Shown: one piece after another, positions 26,878-32,000 of the stretch | Layout: every line of letters starts with the position of its first letter | Position numbering within the stretch: position 1 is the first letter of the stretch | Origin: Synechococcus elongatus PCC 6301 | Lineage (GTDB): Bacteria > Cyanobacteriota > Cyanobacteriia > Synechococcales > Synechococcaceae | Direction: 5' to 3' | DNA: 32,000 nt | NCBI RefSeq assembly: GCF_000010065.1 | Contig: NC_006576.1 | Coordinates: 1,140,001-1,172,000, forward strand | Translations under genes and position numbers: made by a program | Notes under the pieces: generated by a model | What the model saw: only the letters and a program-made list of their open reading frames with translations | The model's database searches: none | Told to the model about the DNA's origin: nothing

Positions 26878-29043
26878 GGTTTTCAGGATCAAAAGCAGCG
26901 ATCGCCGTTCGCCCGGACTTTCTGGACGATGGTCTTCGCTTCCGTAGCAGTAGATTGTTTTAATCAGGCGATTTTGATCGATGGGCTGCGGCGCTAACCA
27001 CAACCAAGTGCCTTGGGTATCGCGATCGCAGTGCTGAACTGGAACCGAGAGCGTTTGATCTCCCAAGCGCGTCAGGGTGAGAGAACCTTCCGGGAGGACC
27101 CAGTTGCCTTCGAGACGAATGACCATTTCACTTTGAGCTTGACTCCGTAGCGTCAGCACGTGTCCTGAATCAGTTTGTAGTTCTAAAGCCAGGGGGCGAG
27201 CAATCATGGCTTCGCGACCATCCCGAGGGGCATCCCAGAGCGCGAGCAACGCCACGGCCAGCAACACCAAGTTGTAGCCGGACCACCACAGCCCAAGAGC
27301 CAGACCTCGCATTTGGGTCTGATCGGCCTGCTGACTCAGCACCCACAACTGCCGCACGTTCAGCGCCAGACTGAGCCAGGTGGCAGCAAAGAGAATCAGC
27401 AGCGGCCAAGCTAACGCCCAGTTGAAGAAGAAGCGATCCTGCCGGAGTCCTTTGGGGGTGACGGCGAATTGGCAACGGAAGGGCTGCACCAGCGCTTGCA
27501 GACTGGTGATCGCCAGTGGCACAGCCAGCACTAAGGAGTAGATTTCGGAGAGTAGTGCCGATCGCGATCGCCGATTCAGCCAGTTGAAGACCGTCAGGTG
27601 CCCCAGGTAGATCGGCAGCAAGAAATAGAGCAGCTCGGGCCCAGTGGCCCGTAGCGGCATGATGCCAACGCCGTAGCCCAACGGCATCACCAGAAAGAGG
27701 ATGCGCGGTAGGCTCGAGAACCAGTGCAACAGCCCCTCCAAGTGGCCGAGGCGCTGCAACGGATTGAGCCCTGGAACCGTTAGAGGGTTGGCCTGAATAA
27801 AGAAGGCTTGGAGCGTCCCCCTCGCCCAACGCAAGCGTTGCTTGGCATAGGCAGCCAAACTCTCCGGGGCCAAACCCTGACTCAGTTTTTCGTTGAGGTA
27901 AACCAGCTGGTAGCCTGCTGCTGCAATGCGGATCCCAGTGAAGTAGTCTTCGGACAGCGACTCGGTCACAAAACCACCGATCGCATCCAAAGCTTGGCGG
28001 CGCACAACAAAGGAGGTGCCCACGCAGACAACACTGCCGACGCCATCTCGCATCGGTTGAACATGTCGATAAAAGATTTCATCCTCGGGCGGAATCTGTT
28101 CAGCCAAGTCGAGGTTGTAGGCGATCGGGTCAGGGTTGTAGAAGCTTTGGGGCGTTTGCACCAGTCCGATGCGGCCGTCTTGGAAGAACCCGACCGTCCG
28201 CGCCAGAAAGGACTGCCGAGGAATAAAGTCGGCATCAAAGACCGCCACCAGTTCGCCTCGACAATTGGGCAAGGCGTAGTTGAGATTCCCGGCCTTAGCC
28301 CCCTGGCGATCGCGACGGGCTTGATAGCGACAGCCCAACTGCCGCGCTAGAGCCGCTACTTCTGGGCGATCGCCGTCATCGAGGACATGCACCGTTTTGG
28401 CGGCGTAATCCAAGGTCAAGCAACCGACGAGCGTCCGTCGTAGCAAACCCACGGGCTCGTTGTAGGTCGGCACCAAAATGTCGACGTGGGGCTGGTACTG
28501 CCCCTGTTGCACCGCCACTGCATACTGATCCGCCTGGGCTTGGCGATCGCGGGCTGCCACACTCAGCAACAACTGAATCAGCCCCGTGACCAGCAACAGC
28601 AGCTCCATGCCATAGAGAATCAGACTCAAACCGCCATTCAACGGGGTCGAGACATTGAGGGTTGAGAGCGATCGCCAGAGGAGATAGCGCACCGTCAGCA
28701 GTGCCAGAATACCAACCACTACGATCCGAGGCCAAAAACTGGGTCGGGTCCATAGCCGCGTAATCACCCACAGGCAGACCAGCAGCAGACAGGGCCAACT
28801 CCAGGCCCAGAGCCCTTCCATGGGCGTTTGCAACCAGAGCGGCGGCCGTTGTTGCCAGCGATCGATTGTTTGAAAAAATTGATTAGTGCGCGGTTCGCCC
28901 AGCACCCAAGCCATCTGTAAGCTGAGTAGCACTAGCAGTCCCCCTAGCGTGAAGAAGGTGGGGAGCTGTCGATTGTGGGAAAACCAGTGCCTAAGAGCGG
29001 CCAGAGTGGGCAGGGATTGTTGCCTGCTGATTGGCCTTGTCAT
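26794..29043 (-). CDS. Cellulose-synthase-like family 2 glycosyltransferase, multi-TM
   Basis: 749 aa; VDILVPTYNEP, HVLDDGDRPE, VFDADFIP, SEDYFTG, QRLRW; multiple TM helices and a C-terminal beta-rich tail. Confidence 0.92.
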   Translation of the reverse strand: MTRPISRQQSLPTLAALRHWFSHNRQLPTFFTLGGLLVLLSLQMAWVLGEPRTNQFFQTIDRWQQRPPLWLQTPMEGLWAWSWPCLLLVCLWVITRLWTRPSFWPRIVVVGILALLTVRYLLWRSLSTLNVSTPLNGGLSLILYGMELLLLVTGLIQLLLSVAARDRQAQADQYAVAVQQGQYQPHVDILVPTYNEPVGLLRRTLVGCLTLDYAAKTVHVLDDGDRPEVAALARQLGCRYQARRDRQGAKAGNLNYALPNCRGELVAVFDADFIPRQSFLARTVGFFQDGRIGLVQTPQSFYNPDPIAYNLDLAEQIPPEDEIFYRHVQPMRDGVGSVVCVGTSFVVRRQALDAIGGFVTESLSEDYFTGIRIAAAGYQLVYLNEKLSQGLAPESLAAYAKQRLRWARGTLQAFFIQANPLTVPGLNPLQRLGHLEGLLHWFSSLPRILFLVMPLGYGVGIMPLRATGPELLYFLLPIYLGHLTVFNWLNRRSRSALLSEIYSLVLAVPLAITSLQALVQPFRCQFAVTPKGLRQDRFFFNWALAWPLLILFAATWLSLALNVRQLWVLSQQADQTQMRGLALGLWWSGYNLVLLAVALLALWDAPRDGREAMIARPLALELQTDSGHVLTLRSQAQSEMVIRLEGNWVLPEGSLTLTRLGDQTLSVPVQHCDRDTQGTWLWLAPQPIDQNRLIKTIYCYGSEDHRPESPGERRSLLLILKTLLRPPILRSRQRPAQLGRLLVEVPQRS

Positions 29044-29061
29044 TTTCTCTTAATCTTTCGG

Positions 29062-29083
29062 CGTTAATGTGCCCACATTAACG
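29062..29083. promoter_or_regulatory. Perfect 10+2+10 inverted repeat in the divergent intergenic region, candidate operator
   Basis: CGTTAATGTG-CC-CACATTAACG, between the minus-strand GT2 start (29043) and plus-strand DUF4079 gene start (29133). Confidence 0.6.
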
Positions 29084-29132
29084 TGACGGGGCCGTTATCA
29101 TCCGCCCCATGTGATGCTCTGGGAATTGACTC

Positions 29133-29858
29133 ATGAAACTTTTAGATTGGTGGGCCTTGCTCCACCCCGCGATCGCAGTTGTTGTGATCTATCCGATTCT
29201 GGGTGTCGTGCTACGCCAGGCCTGGCTCACTCGCCAACGCCGCCTCAGTCCAGCCGACCAAAAATCCAAGATTCCCGTCAGCGTGGGTCAAGACCATAGT
29301 CAAGCGGGCCGATGGTTGACCACTGGCGTTGTTGTTGTCTCGCTGCTGGGTATTGGCTACCCAATTTTCTCGAAATTTGTAGAGGCAGGCCCGACTGGGT
29401 TTGACGGCGGTACACCTCGACTCATTACCCTACTTCTGGCCTGGATCGGCTCACTGGCTGCGATCGCGTCACTCTTTTTGCTGCGCCCCAAAACACCTCG
29501 CGAGCTACGGCTACCTCGGGCTCTGTTTGCGATCTTGACCGGCTTTGGTGTGGTGGCATTGGGACAACAGTCCGAAGTATTCAAGCGCGATTACGAGGCG
29601 TTGGTCTCGCACTATTACTACGGCATTGCCCTAGTGCTGTTGATGATCTTTGCCCTCGCAACTCTCCCCGAAATTCAACGCTTCCCGCGCTGGCGGATTT
29701 TGCATATTGTCCTGAATATTGCGGCAGCGGTTCTCTTCCTTGGCCAAGGAGTGACAGGAGCCCGCGATTTGCTCGAAATTCCCTTGAGCTGGCAGAAGCC
29801 CACCATCTACCAATGTGATTTTCAGAACCTGACTTGCCCAGGACAGCCCCCGAGCTGA
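29133..29858 (+). CDS. DUF4079-like four-helix membrane protein
   Basis: 241 aa, about 4 TMs; WALLHPAIAVVVIYPILGVVLRQAWLTRQRR and HIVLNIAAAVLFLGQGVTGARDLLEIPLSW. Confidence 0.75.
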   Translation: MKLLDWWALLHPAIAVVVIYPILGVVLRQAWLTRQRRLSPADQKSKIPVSVGQDHSQAGRWLTTGVVVVSLLGIGYPIFSKFVEAGPTGFDGGTPRLITLLLAWIGSLAAIASLFLLRPKTPRELRLPRALFAILTGFGVVALGQQSEVFKRDYEALVSHYYYGIALVLLMIFALATLPEIQRFPRWRILHIVLNIAAAVLFLGQGVTGARDLLEIPLSWQKPTIYQCDFQNLTCPGQPPS

Positions 29859-30000
29859 GCCCGATCGCCTGGGATGGTTGAGCAATTGACCACCCTGCGA
29901 TCGCAGCTATCGACGGGACTGGTAGCCACAGTCACCCCTGACAGCGATGGTAAAGTTGGGTCTTGGCAGCCCAACACAATTTCGGAGATCAACACGCACT

Positions 30001-30342
30001 ATGGCGGGAAAAGGGTTCGGCTTCAGCCTCGGCAAAATGAAAGAGCTTGCTGATGCCTTCAAAAAAGCGCAGCAAGTGCAAGAAGGCGCCAAGCAGGTTC
30101 AAGAAGACCTCAACAACATGGAAATCGAAGGCCAAGCCCAGGGTGGCTTGGTCAAAGTCTGGGTCAGTGGCAACCAAGAGCCTCTACGTGCTGAAATTGC
30201 CCCCGAGGCCCTGAATGAAGGGGCAGAAGTGCTGTCTGAACTCGTGGCTGCAGCAATGAAGGATGCCTACCAAAAATCTACTGCTGCCATGAAAGAGAAA
30301 ATGGAAGCGTTGACTGCTGGCTTGGGTATTCCTGGCCTCTAA
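30001..30342 (+). CDS. YbaB/EbfC family nucleoid-associated protein
   Basis: 113 aa from ATG 30001; [56 protein letters not shown]. Confidence 0.92.
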
Positions 30343-30432
30343 TTGCTGATTAGTGTGAAAGATAGCGGGGCGATCGTAAGGTCTCCCCGTTTTTGCTGTT
30401 TAGGTTGGTTGCGATCGCAGAGGAAGTTTGCA

Positions 30433-30924
30433 ATGACCGTCAAAGTACTGTTCGTCTGTCTGGGCAACATCTGCCGTTCGCCCTCGGCAGAAAACATCAT
30501 GAATCACTTGCTCGCTGAAGCAGGACTCGATCGCGCCGTGCGCTGCGATTCTGCTGGGACTGCCAGCTATCACGTCGGCAATCCACCCGATCGCCGCATG
30601 ACGGCTGCTGCCCGCGAACAAGGCATCACCATGCAGGGCAAAGCCCGCCAGTTTCATCGCACGGATTTTGAGCAGTTCGACCTGATTCTGGCGATGGACG
30701 ACGAAAACTACGAGGATATTGTGGCCCTCGATCGCGCCGGTGAGTATCGCCACAAGGTGCGGCGCATGTGCGAGTTCTGCCGCGAGTTTCGCGATCGCGA
30801 AGTGCCCGATCCCTACTACGGTGGTCCCGAAGGATTTCGTTATGTGATCAATCTGCTGCTCGATGCCTGTGGCGGACTGCTTGAGCACTTACAACAAGAG
30901 GGACTGATTAAAACTCACCGCTAA
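30433..30924 (+). CDS. Low molecular weight protein-tyrosine-phosphatase
   Basis: 163 aa from ATG 30433; P-loop VLFVCLGNICRSPSAE and C-terminal VPDPYYGG. Confidence 0.95.
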   Translation: MTVKVLFVCLGNICRSPSAENIMNHLLAEAGLDRAVRCDSAGTASYHVGNPPDRRMTAAAREQGITMQGKARQFHRTDFEQFDLILAMDDENYEDIVALDRAGEYRHKVRRMCEFCREFRDREVPDPYYGGPEGFRYVINLLLDACGGLLEHLQQEGLIKTHR

Positions 30925-31511
30925 TGATTTCCTCTATTGATGCGCAATCTCTCCTCGATTTCTGGTTTGGCAAGCCTACTGACCCGGAGTATGGTCTACC
31001 GCGATCGCCGTGGTTCCAGAAGTCAGAGACATTTGATGCCGAGATGCGCGATCGCTTCTTGGGCCTTTACGAGCAAGTCTGCGCTAAGGGAGTTGATCTG
31101 GAGGCGATCGCTACGCCCCAGCAGGCACTGGCATTGCTACTGTTGTTCGATCAAGTACCGCGCAACTGTTTCCGCGATCGCCCCGAAGCCTTTGCCACCG
31201 ATCCCTTGGCTCTAGCGATCGCCAATCACTGCCTAGTCCAAGGCTGGGATCAGCAACTGCTGCCAGTGCAGCGTTGGTTTGTCTACCTGCCCTTGGAACA
31301 CAGCGAAAATCTTGCTGACCAAGATCGGGCGGTTGCTTTGTTTGAAGCGCTAGGGGATGACCCGATCCATACAGGTGCGATCGCCTATGCCCATCAGCAC
31401 CACGAGATCATTGCGCGGTTTGGCCGCTTCCCTCACCGAAACGAGATTCTTGGGCGATCTTCCACACCAGAAGAACTCGCTTTCCTACAACAGCCGGGCT
31501 CGCGCTTCTAA
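30924..31511 (+). CDS. DUF924 family protein
   Basis: 195 aa; LLDFWFG, WF, LLLLFDQVPRNCFRDRPEAFATDPLALAIA, PLEHSENLADQDRAV, FGRFPHRNEILGR. Confidence 0.88.
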   Translation: MISSIDAQSLLDFWFGKPTDPEYGLPRSPWFQKSETFDAEMRDRFLGLYEQVCAKGVDLEAIATPQQALALLLLFDQVPRNCFRDRPEAFATDPLALAIANHCLVQGWDQQLLPVQRWFVYLPLEHSENLADQDRAVALFEALGDDPIHTGAIAYAHQHHEIIARFGRFPHRNEILGRSSTPEELAFLQQPGSRF

Positions 31512-31567
31512 TCTCAGCTGTGTTAGTCCCAGCAACCCATGTCCACAGCGACTAAAATCTAGCCACA

Positions 31568-32000
31568 ATGCTTGATAGCGATCGGCGCGAGGGCTTGCTG
31601 CCGCCCCTGCGAGTTCTCCTCACTCTCTTACTGGCCATCGGAGTCATCTTTCGTAGCTATGAGCCACAAGACATCACCCTCCCTTGGACCGGACTCTCGC
31701 TCCCCTTCATCCCCGACAGCCGTGCCGAACTCTTCGACGCCGCCTACAACTGCTTCTGGATCGCGACCTTGGTGGCGATCGCTCTTGTCCTTCTTGAATG
31801 GGACGGCCAGCGAATTGGACGAAATCGACGCGCTGAAAGCCGAAACCGAGATGCTGCAAGAGAACAACAAGAAGCTCGCCGAGCTCGAATCCAAGCTCAA
31901 GTCCTTGTGGCGATCGGACAGCAGCAACTCAACGACAGCGCCGAATCCCGACAACGGCTAGCTGACGCGATCGCTCTGCTTCAGGAGTACGGCGATCTGT
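31568..32000 (+). CDS. Partial membrane/coiled-coil protein running off the right edge
   Basis: ATG at 31568, no stop to 32000: MLDSDRREGLLPPLRVLLTLLLAIGVIFRSYEPQDITLPWTGLSLPFIPDSRAELFDAAYNCFWIATLVAIALVLLEWDGQRIGRNRRAESRNRDAAREQQEARRARIQAQVLVAIGQQQLNDSAESRQRLADAIALLQEYGDL... Two hydrophobic helices. Confidence 0.8.
   Translation, partial: MLDSDRREGLLPPLRVLLTLLLAIGVIFRSYEPQDITLPWTGLSLPFIPDSRAELFDAAYNCFWIATLVAIALVLLEWDGQRIGRNRRAESRNRDAAREQQEARRARIQAQVLVAIGQQQLNDSAESRQRLADAIALLQEYGDL

Noticed and set aside
27170-28798. Long opposite-strand ORFs inside the GT2 gene (27170-27829, 27808-28350, 28376-28798)
   Set aside because: They are antisense to a well-supported coding frame, lack recognisable motifs and have low-complexity composition typical of shadow ORFs in GC-rich genes.
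30400-30888. 162-aa ORF antisense to the low-MW phosphatase gene
   Set aside because: Shadow of a clearly identified phosphatase with P-loop CLGNICRS; no coding evidence for the antisense frame.
31572-31961. 129-aa ORF at the right end
   Set aside because: Out of frame with the better 31568-32000 membrane protein frame; Ser/Pro-rich composition suggests a shadow.
1-32000. Search for a novel defence, mobile or biosynthetic multi-gene system
   Set aside because: Nearly all genes belong to recognisable housekeeping or common cyanobacterial families. I saw no integrase, transposase, terminal repeats, CRISPR-like regularly spaced repeats, toxin-antitoxin pair or reverse transcriptase.

Overview
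This 32 kb window looks like ordinary cyanobacterial core chromosome. The coding style, abundant HIP1 octamers (GCGATCGC) and gene content suggest Synechococcus elongatus (PCC 7942/6301-like); that assignment is inference, not a database result. Supported protein genes, left to right: ribF; an unlisted 45-aa membrane protein; a membrane/PAS/GGDEF diguanylate cyclase; an aldehyde dehydrogenase; dihydroorotase; signal peptidase I; a degenerate dihydroorotase-like protein; a tandem-domain histidine phosphatase; a CPBP membrane protease; an FtsL-like bitopic protein; FtsI/PBP; a trypsin-like lipoprotein with a DUF1036-like tail; a GAF histidine kinase; lepA; a second signal peptidase; YggT; ClpS; PetN; an unlisted 45-aa membrane protein; an Old Yellow Enzyme; xseB; an orphan MalG-type permease; a coiled-coil hypothetical; gpmI; secG; a metzincin-like protease; a cellulose-synthase-like GT2; a DUF4079-like protein; EbfC/YbaB; a low-MW tyrosine phosphatase; a DUF924-like protein; and a membrane/coiled-coil gene cut by the right edge. 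I found no convincing CRISPR array, transposon, prophage, tRNA/rRNA or defence island, and no clear new multi-gene system. The best leads are a probable pseudo-dihydroorotase lacking most metal ligands, a trypsin-DUF1036 lipoprotein, a candidate FtsL, several non-random inverted repeats (notably a 10+2+10 repeat between a GT2 gene and a DUF4079 gene), and small or partial genes absent from the supplied ORF track.
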